Origin: a virus | IMG/VR virus record: IMGVR_UViG_3300042356_000801 | Coordinates: 1 to 64,000 of that record | Strand: one strand, 5' to 3' | DNA length: 64,000 nucleotides | Part shown: positions 1 to 11,858 of the stretch, in pieces | Numbering within the stretch: the stretch's first letter is position 1 | How the letters are laid out: each line of letters begins with the position of its first letter | Made by a program: the position numbers and the translations under genes | Notes under the pieces: generated by a model | Seen by the model: the letters and a program-made list of their open reading frames with translations, nothing else | What the model was told of the DNA's origin: nothing | The model's database searches: none

Positions 1-8
1 CAAAGACA

Positions 9-260
9 ATGTCCCATAAGGGGTATTGGACTAAACCAAACATCGTGGAGGCTTGGGGATTTGCCACCAAAATCGCCATTATCTTCCCTGGTCTGCTTCT
101 TGGTCAACAGTGGTGGTGGGTTTACATCTTTGCCATCGCTTCCAGCATTGCTCTCATTTGGTCTTCAACTGAAAAAACCCTCCCAACAATTATTCTCTTC
201 AATGTACTTTGGGTGGTTTTGGCTAGTCTTTCCATCCTTAAACACTTCTGGTGGTTTTAG
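9..260 (+). CDS. small membrane protein (start may lie upstream of the window)
   Basis: 83-aa ORF with about three hydrophobic, Trp-rich segments. Confidence 0.55.
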   Translation: MSHKGYWTKPNIVEAWGFATKIAIIFPGLLLGQQWWWVYIFAIASSIALIWSSTEKTLPTIILFNVLWVVLASLSILKHFWWF

Positions 261-280
261 GCCCCTCAAGCATCTTGGGG

Positions 281-286
281 TATAAT
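281..286 (+). promoter_or_regulatory. -10 box of a probable leaderless transcript
   Basis: TATAAT 7 nt upstream of ATG 294; no Shine-Dalgarno. Confidence 0.6.
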
Positions 287-293
287 TGCCAAC

Positions 294-1288
<995 letters not shown>

Positions 1289-1289
<1 letters not shown>

Positions 1290-2875
1290 TGGCCATCCGC
1301 CGAGGAACCGTAGCTAGCAGTGTTTTTTATACAGCACCAAACCCTCCTACATCCGTAACAGGAACTGCTGGCAATACTCAGGTTTCTCTTTCGTGGACCG
1401 CTCCAGTGTTTACTGGGTATACAAACATAACTGACTATGTAATTCAGTACTCAACCTCTGCCACTTTCGCGTCTTCGGTAACAACGTTTAGTGATGGAGT
1501 TTCGTCCAGTACGTCAACAACAGTTACTGGTTTAACAAACGGCACTGCTTATTATTTTAGAGTGGCTGCCGTCAATACGGTAGGGCCGAGTCAGTACTCG
1601 TCAATATCATCGTCAGTTATTCCGGTAACTACCCCCAGTGCGGTAACGAGCCTTTCTGCAACTGCATCCGACAGAACCATAACTGCTACTTGGTCTGCGC
1701 CAACAAGCGATGGAGGCACTGCAGTAAGTTCGTACACAGTGGAAACCCAATTAAATGCCGAGGCATGGGTAAATCGAGGCTCTCAAACAAGCGGTGTTTC
1801 CTTTACGGTTAGAAACAACTCTGCGGCTACGGCTCGTTCCTATAAAATTAGGGTTACTGCAAACAATGCTGTAGGTGCTGGAACTGTTGCTACTTCTGGT
1901 TCGGTTACTCCAAACTTTGGCACTCCAGCAACACCAACTCTTGCAGCTATTTCACCTACTAAGCCAGCATCTGGGAACGGTTCGGGAGCTAGACAGTTTT
2001 CGATAACTTACAATCCTCTTGCTTGTAGTGGGTTTTCCAATACAGAAACGTACATAAAACTTTCCGGTTACGCATATAGCTATAACGCCAATAGCGCATA
2101 TTTAAATACAACAAACTCTGCTGCTGGAAAAACGTGGACAATCAGTACGCTTTATTCTTCGTCCTGGGGTTCATACAGAACATTATTGGCAAGTGAAACA
2201 TACTATGTATTCACAAGAACATGGAACACTGACGGTGACTATGTAGATAGTGCGGAAGCTTCTGTTGTAACAACGGCAACCCAGTCCTATAACGTCGTTG
2301 TTGATACTTCATATACCGTCTATGATGACACGAGCTCCTGGGGTGGCAACGAGGCATATAATGATTCTACGGGAACGTTTACGGTAACAGGAAACTCGTT
2401 TACTCAAACGTCTGTTTATTCTATTCCTGGAGTCTCGCAGACTGGGAGCACATGTCCTGGTTGCCCTGATGGAACAAGAAGATACTCGGTTTCATCTTTG
2501 ACCATTAGGGCTAACGTAGTAATTAGTGGTATAAATATAACTACTTCCTCTAGAAACTTTATTGTTGATTTCTCTAATACTGGGACCACAGCAAGCACGG
2601 CCGCAACTATAGATTGTCTACGTGCTCCGTTTTCAACCAACTCAGGCACAGCACAGCAGAGCCTTAACTGGACTGCACCAAGCGTACCTATAGGTTCGGG
2701 TGCAGGCGGAGGAAGAGTGCGAGTAAGAGGCGCAGGCTCTATTAGCACGTGGTCCACATCTCCGGACCAGAGAATCAGGGTAATAGTCGAAATGAATGGC
2801 AACCAGCAGCGATGGAACGTCAGTAGTGCACCGCGAACTGTTCCCGATTCCAGGACAGACACTTACACCTACTAA
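1289..2875 (+). CDS. fibronectin type III repeat virion protein (putative receptor-binding)
   Basis: FN3 signatures (LSWTAP...Y...VTGLTNGTAYYFRVAAVN); Ser/Thr-rich; TAATG overlap with the upstream gene. Confidence 0.75.
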
Positions 2876-2929
2876 TCAGCTTTTAGTAGTTCTGGATGCC
2901 CCATTACACATAGGGTAAACTAGGTAATC

Positions 2930-4624
2930 ATGGCTATTGATTTCCCTAATTCACCTGCGCCTGGAACCAACCACACCGTAGATGGTAAGACCTGGACCTT
3001 CACTGATGGTAAGTGGGCGCTCAACGTTGGGGTTGGGGGAGTTCAGGGACCAACTGGACCAACAGGCGTTACTGGCGCTACAGGGGCAACTGGCGCGACA
3101 GGCGCAACAGGTCCTGCTGGTCCACAAGGAGATGTTGGCTTAACTGGAACGACAGGCGACACGGGAGCGGCTGGTGCCGAAGGCGCAACTGGCCCAACTG
3201 GTCCAGAAGGACCCACTGGTCCAGAAGGTCCAGCAGGTGCAGCAGGCGCACCTGGTATAAATGGATTAAATGGCGAACCTGGCGCACCTGGAGCAGAAGG
3301 CGCACCTGGTTTAACTGGAGCAGAAGGCGCACCTGGTTTAACTGGTGCAGAAGGCGCACCTGGTTTAACTGGTGCAGAAGGCGCACCTGGAGAACCTGGC
3401 GTAGAAGGCCCAACTGGTCCAGCAGGACCCACTGGAGCAACAGGCCCGACTGGCGCAGACGGAGGAGGAGGAGTTAAATATGTTTACAACTACAACAACT
3501 CTGCAACCCCTACTGCTGGACAAATCGTCTTTAACAGTGCTTACTTTAACAATGTTACTGAAATAAAAATTCATGCTAATTCAAAGAATTTAACTCTTCA
3601 TACCAGTTGGATTAGCCAGTGGAGCATTGGCGGTCAGTTATTTATTTCCAACAGCACTGGTGATGTAGCAATGTTTACATTGACTTCTGCACCAGATATT
3701 ACTGGTTCTATCTACACTATTGATGTTTCAAATTTCAATGTTTGGGATGCTGCAAGATTTTTAGAATTATCTTTTGGGTATTATGAAGACCCCGTTACTT
3801 TTGCTTCTTCCACTTTTAACGAAGATGTTTCTGTTACATATTTCCCAGTTTCTACTGGTCCGACTGGAGTTACAGGACCGACTGGACCTGTTAGCGGAAC
3901 GGCCAATCAAGTAATTTATAAAAACGGTTCCAATAACCCAACTGGTTCTTCTGGTCTTGCATATGACGGAACAGATTTTTCTGTTGGGGGGAAAATTAGT
4001 TCCACTGTTTCGGCAGGAGATGAAGGTGGAGAAGTTTTCTTAAACAAAGCAGCCACCAATACAACCATCAATGGTGGAGTAACTATTGATGTTTGGCAGA
4101 ACCGTCTACGAATTTTTGAGCAAGGTGGGACTGCTCGCGGTGCGTACATTGATATCACCGCTGCTGGTGCTGGTGTAGCAACAAACCTTCTCGCTCCTAA
4201 TGCAATATATTCAGGGCAGCCTCTAAAAATTTATAGCAATCAGTTATCGTTGACTCAAAAAATTTATGCGGCAACTGGCGACACGCTTGACAACATAGCC
4301 ACCTACACAACCAACCCTCTCGCTACTTCTTATTTACTGATTACAGTTGGTGTGGCGTATGAATTAAACACATCGTCTGACGCTATGCAGATTGGCTTCT
4401 CTATTAATGGTGTTGACCAGTTTTCCTTTAGTGATTCCACTAACACTGTCACCTATAATGAGTTTCCTTACTATACATTTAAGTCAATAAACTCTTATCC
4501 TGCTTCTTCGTCTATTTCTAATATTAGGACATATGTAAAGGGTGCAAGTGGAACTGTCGTGTGTCCCAGAAATACTGGCGGTCCATTAAACTTTTCACTT
4601 ACTATTCAGGAGTATGCTGCATAA
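2930..4624 (+). CDS. collagen-like tail fibre protein
   Basis: Long G-X-Y tract, shared N-terminal module, beta-rich C-terminus; TAAACT 8 nt before the ATG. Confidence 0.78.
   Translation: MAIDFPNSPAPGTNHTVDGKTWTFTDGKWALNVGVGGVQGPTGPTGVTGATGATGATGATGPAGPQGDVGLTGTTGDTGAAGAEGATGPTGPEGPTGPEGPAGAAGAPGINGLNGEPGAPGAEGAPGLTGAEGAPGLTGAEGAPGLTGAEGAPGEPGVEGPTGPAGPTGATGPTGADGGGGVKYVYNYNNSATPTAGQIVFNSAYFNNVTEIKIHANSKNLTLHTSWISQWSIGGQLFISNSTGDVAMFTLTSAPDITGSIYTIDVSNFNVWDAARFLELSFGYYEDPVTFASSTFNEDVSVTYFPVSTGPTGVTGPTGPVSGTANQVIYKNGSNNPTGSSGLAYDGTDFSVGGKISSTVSAGDEGGEVFLNKAATNTTINGGVTIDVWQNRLRIFEQGGTARGAYIDITAAGAGVATNLLAPNAIYSGQPLKIYSNQLSLTQKIYAATGDTLDNIATYTTNPLATSYLLITVGVAYELNTSSDAMQIGFSINGVDQFSFSDSTNTVTYNEFPYYTFKSINSYPASSSISNIRTYVKGASGTVVCPRNTGGPLNFSLTIQEYAA
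3293..3390 (+). repeat. 27-bp tandem repeat (about 3.6 copies) encoding AEGAPGLTG
   Basis: GCAGAAGGCGCACCTGGTTTAACTGG(A/T) repeated at 3293, 3320 and 3347, partial copy at 3374. Confidence 0.9.
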
Positions 4625-5556
4625 TGGCCATAGATTTCCCTGACTCCCCAGCTCCAGGCGCTTCGTTTACGGCCAACAACAAAACGTGGACATTCACTGA
4701 CGGCAAGTGGGGGCTTGTTGTAAGCACTATGGGAATAGTTGGTCCTACTGGTCCGATTGGAGCAACAGGACCATCGGGTGGTCCGACTGGGCCAACAGGG
4801 ACAACTGGACCCACGGGCCTGACAGGGCCGACTGGCCCGACCGGTTTAACGGGGGCCACGGGTCCTGCAGGGGGGCCGACCGGTGCAACTGGTCCGCAAG
4901 GGGTTAGTGGCGTGCCTGGGGTTAGCGGAGTCCCAGGAGTCAGTGCTGTGGACCCCAAAATTTATGTTGCAAAGTACACAACAAACGGAAGCGGAACATG
5001 GACTTGTCCTGCTGGTGTCACACAAATAAAACTGACACTTATTGGTGCAGGCGGGGGAGGGGGATTTGCCACAGCAACGGCAACCTCTAATGGGCAATCA
5101 AGCGTTACTTCCCTTACAGGCTACGAAGATGGTGGCTCAACGACCTTTGTTGTTGGCGGCACTACATATACGGCTCTTGGTGGGGTAATGGGGGCAATTG
5201 ACACCAGTACTGCTCCTGGTGGCTCTTTTGGAACTAAAATTGCAGGAAGTTCTAGCACTCAAACAGGTTCTTGGACCGCAGAAAATAGATACCCTGGCTC
5301 TGGGGGTGTTGGGGGCTGGGCAAATGCTTCAGCGAATGCAGCCGTGGAGCAGGAATTTGGTGACTATGTAAGCGTGGTGGTTACTGCAAGGGCGTATGCA
5401 GGTCGTGGGCAAGATGGAGTAACGGAAGTTTTTCAAGTAACCACTGTTCCATCTACTGTCTACTCGTTTAATGTAGGCATGGCTAACGGCTACACAGGAA
5501 CTACCCCTGCAAAAATGGGTTCAAATGGCGCTGTCATTATTGAGTATGTAGTTTAA
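4624..5556 (+). CDS. collagen-like fibre protein with glycine-rich C-terminal domain
   Basis: Start moved to ATG 4624 (TAATG overlap, MAIDFPDSP like its paralogues); collagen tract; [26 protein letters not shown] and [10 protein letters not shown] glycine-rich fibre signature. Confidence 0.78.
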   Translation: MAIDFPDSPAPGASFTANNKTWTFTDGKWGLVVSTMGIVGPTGPIGATGPSGGPTGPTGTTGPTGLTGPTGPTGLTGATGPAGGPTGATGPQGVSGVPGVSGVPGVSAVDPKIYVAKYTTNGSGTWTCPAGVTQIKLTLIGAGGGGGFATATATSNGQSSVTSLTGYEDGGSTTFVVGGTTYTALGGVMGAIDTSTAPGGSFGTKIAGSSSTQTGSWTAENRYPGSGGVGGWANASANAAVEQEFGDYVSVVVTARAYAGRGQDGVTEVFQVTTVPSTVYSFNVGMANGYTGTTPAKMGSNGAVIIEYVV

Positions 5557-5565
5557 GGAGACATT

Positions 5566-5832
5566 ATGGAATACACATATGAAGTAGACGACAAAAATGA
5601 AGCAACCATTACATGGACTGGAGAAATTAATGGTTCTTCTTTTTCTCGCACAATAAGTCAATTTAACTTCCCCCACAACTGGATGCCGTGGACAAAAGAA
5701 GATGCTGAACAATGGGCTGAAGAAACCATTCAAGCAATAAAGGACAACGGAGATGCTTATGACGCTCCCGTATATGACCAAAATGAGCAGAGAGCGGCAT
5801 ACCTAGCCGCTAAAGCGGCACTAGAAGCATAA
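5566..5832 (+). CDS. hypothetical protein (possible fibre assembly factor)
   Basis: AAGGAG RBS; 88 aa; directly follows a fibre gene. Confidence 0.6.
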   Translation: MEYTYEVDDKNEATITWTGEINGSSFSRTISQFNFPHNWMPWTKEDAEQWAEETIQAIKDNGDAYDAPVYDQNEQRAAYLAAKAALEA

Positions 5833-5862
5833 GACAGAAGAGAACCTTGCTAGTATCTCGTC

Positions 5863-6933
5863 ATGAGATTTCATGTAGTTTCCCTCCCTCATACAAATAC
5901 AACTGAAGACTTTACGGCTTGTGCCTACACGGAAAAAGTCCGTAAGTTCTGCATCATGATGAAAGACCTCGGGCATACCGTGTTTCTTTACGGTGGAGAG
6001 TTCAACGAGGCTCCCTGCGATGAGCACATCACCTGTATTACGGAAGAACAGCGCTTAGAGGCTGTTGGTAATAATCATTACTCGGCCGCGTCTTTCGACT
6101 GGAATCTCCCACATTGGGTGAACTTCAATATCAATGTCATTAGGGGCATCCAAGAGCGACTAGAGCACAAGGACTTTATTTGCCTTATTGCCGGATTTGC
6201 CTCTAAACCAATCGCCGATGCTTTTCCTGACGAGCTGAGCGTGGAGTTCGGAATTGGCTATGGTGGCTCGTTTGCCAACTACAAGGTTTTTGAGTCCTAC
6301 GCCTGGATGCACTCGTGCTACGGCTCCAAGGTAACCGACCCTCATGCGCTTGACGGCAAGTTCTATGACACGGTAATACCAAGTTATATTGATATTAAGG
6401 ATTTCCCTTTACAGGAAACGCCTGACGACTATTATCTCTTCATAGGACGCCTTATTGAGCGTAAGGGCTATCAGATTGCAGTTGACACCTGTAAGGCCCT
6501 AGGAAAGCGTCTGGTGGTCGCTGGACAGGGTTCTGCGCCCAACTATGGGGAGTATGTTGGCGTTGTGGGGACAGAAGAGCGAGCCAAGCTCATGGGTGGC
6601 GCAATTGCTACTTTTACTCCAACTATTTACGTTGAGCCTTTTGGGACCGTAGCGATTGAAGCTATGGCTTGTGGCTCTCCGATTATCTCCACGGACTGGG
6701 GTGCTTTCACCGAAACCGTCATTGATGGAGTGACGGGATTCCGCTGTCACACAATGCAGGAGTTCGCTGACGCAACTGAGCAAGTCAAGACCCTAGATAG
6801 AGCCGCAATCAGTAAGTACTCAAAAGACCGTTACGGATTAGACGCTGTTGGCTTGATGTACGAGAAGTACTTCACCCGTTTGCAAGGGCTTTGGGGTAAG
6901 GGCTTCTACGAGCTAGAATTACCACTTGCCTAG
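5863..6933 (+). CDS. glycosyltransferase, GT-B fold, GT4-like
   Basis: FIGRLIERKG and EPFGTVAIEAMACGSPII (E-x7-E) motifs; TGcTAGTAT 6 nt before the ATG. Confidence 0.88.
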   Translation: MRFHVVSLPHTNTTEDFTACAYTEKVRKFCIMMKDLGHTVFLYGGEFNEAPCDEHITCITEEQRLEAVGNNHYSAASFDWNLPHWVNFNINVIRGIQERLEHKDFICLIAGFASKPIADAFPDELSVEFGIGYGGSFANYKVFESYAWMHSCYGSKVTDPHALDGKFYDTVIPSYIDIKDFPLQETPDDYYLFIGRLIERKGYQIAVDTCKALGKRLVVAGQGSAPNYGEYVGVVGTEERAKLMGGAIATFTPTIYVEPFGTVAIEAMACGSPIISTDWGAFTETVIDGVTGFRCHTMQEFADATEQVKTLDRAAISKYSKDRYGLDAVGLMYEKYFTRLQGLWGKGFYELELPLA

Positions 6934-7137
6934 CGGGCAGACTGCGTGACCAAGCTTTACTTTTAGATTCATAAAGCAACCACACTGCTTGCACTGTTTT
7001 GTAACTTTTGTAAGTTCCGGGCATTCCTTGCAGATTGAGTAACGCTCGCGTTGAAGTGCGGTCGGCGCAAATTCTGTGTCTGATTTTAAAAAGTCAGCAG
7101 GGCTAGATTTTTGATTTTTGCCTATTTGTTCACGCAT
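6919..7137 (-). CDS. small Cys-rich (Zn-binding) protein, DUF6171-like
   Basis: CKEC...CKQCGC..K...CPLGKW pattern; last gene of the minus-strand tail operon. Confidence 0.65.
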   Translation of the reverse strand: MREQIGKNQKSSPADFLKSDTEFAPTALQRERYSICKECPELTKVTKQCKQCGCFMNLKVKLGHAVCPLGKW

Positions 7138-7149
7138 AACAAAATATTA

Positions 7150-9231
7150 TCATCCATAAACGCTATTAACTTGTGCTTTGTATGTTGTCGCGTAAGATAC
7201 TTTTTGGTAGTAATAAACGGTAAGTGTGACTCTCGTATCTTGAGTATCGGACCATTCAGTAGAATAGTTAGTTGTTGGGTTGGCTCGAGAATGAGGTTGC
7301 ATGTAAACATCGTCAGCCTCTATTATTACTTGTGTGCCGAAAAGGGAGGTGTATCCTGTAGTGTTCGTATCTACATACCATGTGTATTCTACGGGCCCGT
7401 AAGTGGTCCATCTATTGGAATCAGCGACTCCCGTCCCCCAATCATGGCCAGCAGTTGAGCCTTTATATAACGCCATAGCCATTCCGCCAGGTCCATAAAC
7501 AAAAACTTTTCTGTTAGTGCCGGTAATGTCATAAACTCCAGTATGTAATTTTGTCATTTTTACTTTTAATGCCCTAAAAGCAAGCAATGGGCTTGGAAGA
7601 TATGCTGAATATGGCGAGATTGAACCAAACGAGCCACCATTAGCCCCATTTGCAGAAAGCCTGAAGTCATCATAACCACTAGATGAATATAGGGTTGCAT
7701 CATCCCATGCAGAATATGCAGCAACGTCAACTACCGTATTTGCTGGACGTCCGTTTGTTACGGATTTTTGAGCCGTATAACCAACGACACCATCAGGGTC
7801 TGTCACCTTGACACGAACATATTTGGTTTCTGGATGATAGCTGGCAGACCAGTAGTCACTGTAGTGCGTTCCGCTTCCACTCCGAGACGTTCCCTCATTC
7901 CCCCATGAACTTACGTATGTTTCTGGTTGATATGTGTATCCGTTTGTTCCACTCCAGTAAACCCTCCAGTTTGAGTATCTTGTTGCAGAAGTATCTTCCC
8001 AGTTCATAGTGGGGATAACCATTGCTGGGTTAACCTGGGCACTGTTGCTTGAATAGCCACTAGAGCCCGCAGAGTTGCTTGCGTAAACTCTTGCTATGTA
8101 ACCCCTGTCGTTTCTAGCAGTGAACGTCTTGGACACACCGGTTGTTGTAGACGAGGTGTACCAGCCCTGCACGCTATCCCAGAGTTCTACGGTGTACGTA
8201 ACAGTTACTCCACCAGTAATGGTGGATGCGGTCCAGTTGATGATTACGCTTCTATCAGAAGTAGTCGATGTTCCAATAACCGGAGCGTTTGGTGCAGCAG
8301 CAGGAACCGCACCAGATGAAATAGTTGACCAGCTGGCGGATTGGCCAACTGCGTTTACCGCTTTAACTCTAAAGTAATAAGTCGTTCCGTTACTGAGTCC
8401 TGTAACTGTTGCTGAAACGGCAGCAGATGTTCCGTCGGTAAAAGCGGTAACACTAGATGCAAATGTTGAAGATGTTGAGTACTCGATAATATAGTCAGTT
8501 ATTGGCGTACCGTTGGCGTCTGGAGCGGTCCAAGAAACTACAGACTGCGTGCTTGCGTTTGATGTTCCGCTAACTCCAGTTACCGTTCCTGGCAGTCCTG
8601 CTGTGTACTGGGCGACGGTTGAGCTGTGTGCCCCACCGCCCGCTACGTTTGCAGCTCTTACACGTACATTATATTCAGTAAAGTCTGCAAGACCAGTAAT
8701 TACATAAGCGGTAGTTCCTGATTGACCCATTGAGGCCCATGTTGAACCGCCATTTGTTGAGTACTCGTAGTCAGTTATGGCGCTTCCTCCATTAAATGCT
8801 GGAGCAGAGAAATTTGCCGTGAGTTGTCTGTATCCACGAGTAACAGAATTCAGTGTCGGTGCATCGGGGGTTGTTCTTGGAGTAGTTGTCGTGCTCCAGG
8901 TGTTTGAATCTGGACCAAAACCAAGACCGTTAACTGCTCTGAGTTTTACATAGTAAGCCTGGCCATTTGTAAGACCGGAAATTGTTACTGGAGATGTTGG
9001 CGGGTTAGTCCCAGATGCGGCAGTTGCCCATGCTGTCCAGGTTGAGTTGTTTATTGAGACAGCGTATTCATATCTGCTAATCAAAAGGCCGCCGTTAAAA
9101 ACTGGAGCAGTAAAAGCAATAGATAACGAAGAGACGCCCTGCGTAGAGCTTGTTATTACTGGCGCACCAGGTTTGGTTCCTCCACCAAAGTAACCCCTAG
9201 AGGCTGTAGCTCTAGCTCCAACAAGAGGCAT
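7150..9231 (-). CDS. fibronectin type III repeat virion protein
   Basis: At least four FN3 repeats (YYVKLRAVN, YNVRVRAAN, YYFRVKAVN, YIARVYASN); one closely resembles the repeat in 1289-2875. Confidence 0.8.
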   Translation of the reverse strand: MPLVGARATASRGYFGGGTKPGAPVITSSTQGVSSLSIAFTAPVFNGGLLISRYEYAVSINNSTWTAWATAASGTNPPTSPVTISGLTNGQAYYVKLRAVNGLGFGPDSNTWSTTTTPRTTPDAPTLNSVTRGYRQLTANFSAPAFNGGSAITDYEYSTNGGSTWASMGQSGTTAYVITGLADFTEYNVRVRAANVAGGGAHSSTVAQYTAGLPGTVTGVSGTSNASTQSVVSWTAPDANGTPITDYIIEYSTSSTFASSVTAFTDGTSAAVSATVTGLSNGTTYYFRVKAVNAVGQSASWSTISSGAVPAAAPNAPVIGTSTTSDRSVIINWTASTITGGVTVTYTVELWDSVQGWYTSSTTTGVSKTFTARNDRGYIARVYASNSAGSSGYSSNSAQVNPAMVIPTMNWEDTSATRYSNWRVYWSGTNGYTYQPETYVSSWGNEGTSRSGSGTHYSDYWSASYHPETKYVRVKVTDPDGVVGYTAQKSVTNGRPANTVVDVAAYSAWDDATLYSSSGYDDFRLSANGANGGSFGSISPYSAYLPSPLLAFRALKVKMTKLHTGVYDITGTNRKVFVYGPGGMAMALYKGSTAGHDWGTGVADSNRWTTYGPVEYTWYVDTNTTGYTSLFGTQVIIEADDVYMQPHSRANPTTNYSTEWSDTQDTRVTLTVYYYQKVSYATTYKAQVNSVYG

Positions 9232-9233
9232 TG

Positions 9234-10103
9234 TTATGCCTTAAATGAAGACTGGCTAGCAAATACGTCAAATGCGTTGTTCCCAGTTTTTAGAACAGTA
9301 ATTGTGTAGGTGTCGACAGAACTTGGGTTCCCCGATGGGTAGGAAACTCCACCAAACCAGCGGACGTTAACCCCAGTAGTAAGAGAGTCTATCGTTATGG
9401 CGCTCAGCTTTTTGGCTGCAGACCCCTGCGTTGTAAATGCAACAATGGTTAGGGCTTCTTGAACGGCCATAAGGGCATTCAATGTGGAGCCATTGACTGT
9501 AATTTTTATTTGAAAGTCTGCGGCTGATTCGGCGGTGTAGTAATAAATAGCTCCATTGTCTACGTTTATTGTCTGCAACCCAGTAAGTGCTGTACCTGAG
9601 TAAACAGCTTTTTCTAGTATCTGCTGTACTTTTCCTGTTGCTGCAATAGTTGTTGTTCCGGTAAGCGTTAGGTTTGATGCAAGCTTGCCGGAAGTGACAG
9701 CGCCTGCTCTGATTTTTGCTTCAGTCACAGCCTCGGAACCGGAAGTACCGTCAAGCTTGTCTGTGGTAACAGCACTGTTTCTGATATGGTTTGTTGTTAC
9801 GGCTCTGTCTAAATCGACGCTTGCGCTGTCGGCAAGCTTGGCTGCAGTAATGGCGTCATCGGCAACGGTGAACTGTCCAGAGTCAGACCACGTAACGCCG
9901 TTGTAGTACTGAACCACCTTGGTGCTTTGCAGGTAACAAAGACGACCTTCGGAAAGGGTTGGTTCTCCTGTCCCACCAAAAGCCGAGTCCCTGGCTGCAG
10001 CATTTACGAAAACAGGGACAGTCTGGTCCATGAGGTATGTATTAATCTCAGCATCCGAAAGGGTTTCCCCCACCGTGAACTTCTTTATTCCTGCGCCAGC
10101 CAT
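9234..10103 (-). CDS. tail fibre / adaptor protein
   Basis: Repeated A(I/V)TxxK(L/I) fibre-shaft repeats; lies between baseplate and FN3 genes; GGAGG RBS. Confidence 0.7.
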   Translation of the reverse strand: MAGAGIKKFTVGETLSDAEINTYLMDQTVPVFVNAAARDSAFGGTGEPTLSEGRLCYLQSTKVVQYYNGVTWSDSGQFTVADDAITAAKLADSASVDLDRAVTTNHIRNSAVTTDKLDGTSGSEAVTEAKIRAGAVTSGKLASNLTLTGTTTIAATGKVQQILEKAVYSGTALTGLQTINVDNGAIYYYTAESAADFQIKITVNGSTLNALMAVQEALTIVAFTTQGSAAKKLSAITIDSLTTGVNVRWFGGVSYPSGNPSSVDTYTITVLKTGNNAFDVFASQSSFKA

Positions 10104-10152
10104 TTTTCCTCCGTTATTGCTCTAATTTTACCATCTAAGGCAATTTTGCTTG

Positions 10153-11856
10153 TTATGTAAGACTTATCCCTGGTTCAGGAGTCCCTGTTGCGTCATTAGG
10201 AGTTCCTGTTATGGGGTTGGGTACGTTTCCTAGCGGGTACATACCGTCGACAGTGTCACCTATTGGGTTTCCTGGGACAACCGTTCCATCTGCTTTTGTT
10301 CCCGGGATAATGTCACCAATCCTGAATTCAACAACATCTACAGCTTGGTGGTAAATCTTGTACCCCATAGGTTTTGCCATTTCTACAGCGTCAAGTATTG
10401 AGTAACTTTCGTCACCGTTTGATTCACAGTCAAAGGTCTCGTTCAGCAGGGTCCGAATCAAAATCTTGAAAGGGTCGCTGTCGTAGTGAGCGGTTATCGA
10501 TACAAAGTAGGTCGAATTCTCCCCGTCCTTTGTATAGTGAAGTACTTGCTTGACGGCTTCTCTAATTGCCTCGGTTGTCCCAGCAGCGCGTCCATAATAC
10601 CCATTGGAAAGCTGCCACCTAATGTAAGAATCAACTGCCCCAGTGGAAGTAAATATGTCTTGCGGAGTTGCGTATGTCGTGTCTGTTAAGCCGTTATAAA
10701 GATACGCAATGTTCTTCTTTAGTCTGTGACCGTTGAACTGAGAAAGCCATGGGGCGTATCTTGAATCAACATATTGGGGATTGACTAAAGTGCTATGGGT
10801 GTCGTTGGATTCATACTGCTCTGCAAGCGTTCCGAGTTGTCCAGGCTCATAGTGATAAACACGTAAATATTCTTCATAAACACCTCTGGCTCCAGTCATC
10901 AAACAGTCGATAAGTCTATGTAGTGGTGCCGATGGGTTTGTTTGATTTGAGTCCATCTCCCAATAAAAATCAGGCATTGAACTAAGAGCGCTGTAAACAT
11001 AAGGGTTTGAATAGTAAGCAAAGTCTTCTATTAGGTGAGGCGAGGTTAGATACAAAACCTGCCCGCTATGATTTGTTAGCGTAATTAATATGTCAAAACC
11101 GTAAGTTTCTTCTTCTGACATTGGAAGCATTTCTACGTTGCTTCTAAATGCGGCAAATCTTCCTGGATATATAGTCGAAACAACAGGCTCTACGGACTCT
11201 ATTCCCACCCATTCCGAGTAAACCAAAGTGCACGCAACATTGGTTTGTTCTGTGCAGTAAATCTTCCCGTTAAAAGAAAAATCTTTACCATTGTCCCCAA
11301 GAAGCATGGGACTATGACCTACGAGTCTTAAGGTTACGGGTCCAGACGTGCCTGGGTTTATTTTTATTGCGTATCTAGATTTAACGTCAAACGTATCGGC
11401 AACTGTAGAAATTGTTCCACCATCACACTCCCACCTCTGTGGGTATAAAAAATATACAGACACAGCATATGTGGGGTGGGTTGTGGAAAATATTTCACCC
11501 ATAGACCAATCTAGGTCGGTTTCACAATGAAGATAGTAATGGGTAGCGTCCGAGGTTATGTCAACAATTCTGTAGTTGTCGTTTAGTGCTATTGGGTTTG
11601 GGTCGGTGGAGGTTGGGGTATAACCATCAACGTCGTCGAACGCTATCCCCGAGACAGTTATCGGGTCGTCAATGCTTGGTAAGTAAGTTTTAAGAACCTT
11701 TAAAACTAGGTGGTTTTTTGCATAGGATACGTCTTCGTCAATCGACCACTGAGCAACTGGGTAGGCGTTGCTTGTCAGTGGTATAGATATCCCGGTAAGT
11801 CGGTTGGTCGTCTCTAGAGCGTTATACTGAGAAAGCCTATTAAAAGTCTTAGCCAC
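10153..11856 (-). CDS. baseplate wedge protein with P2 gpI-like domain
   Basis: APWLSQF...GTTEAIREAVKQVL motif; follows the baseplate J gene. Confidence 0.65.
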   Translation of the reverse strand: MAKTFNRLSQYNALETTNRLTGISIPLTSNAYPVAQWSIDEDVSYAKNHLVLKVLKTYLPSIDDPITVSGIAFDDVDGYTPTSTDPNPIALNDNYRIVDITSDATHYYLHCETDLDWSMGEIFSTTHPTYAVSVYFLYPQRWECDGGTISTVADTFDVKSRYAIKINPGTSGPVTLRLVGHSPMLLGDNGKDFSFNGKIYCTEQTNVACTLVYSEWVGIESVEPVVSTIYPGRFAAFRSNVEMLPMSEEETYGFDILITLTNHSGQVLYLTSPHLIEDFAYYSNPYVYSALSSMPDFYWEMDSNQTNPSAPLHRLIDCLMTGARGVYEEYLRVYHYEPGQLGTLAEQYESNDTHSTLVNPQYVDSRYAPWLSQFNGHRLKKNIAYLYNGLTDTTYATPQDIFTSTGAVDSYIRWQLSNGYYGRAAGTTEAIREAVKQVLHYTKDGENSTYFVSITAHYDSDPFKILIRTLLNETFDCESNGDESYSILDAVEMAKPMGYKIYHQAVDVVEFRIGDIIPGTKADGTVVPGNPIGDTVDGMYPLGNVPNPITGTPNDATGTPEPGISLT

Positions 11857-11858
11857 GG

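Noticed and set aside
3013-5097. Alternative-frame and antisense ORFs over collagen tracts (e.g. 3013-3477, 3043-3432, 4602-4958)
   Set aside because: Shadows of G-X-Y codon periodicity inside real genes
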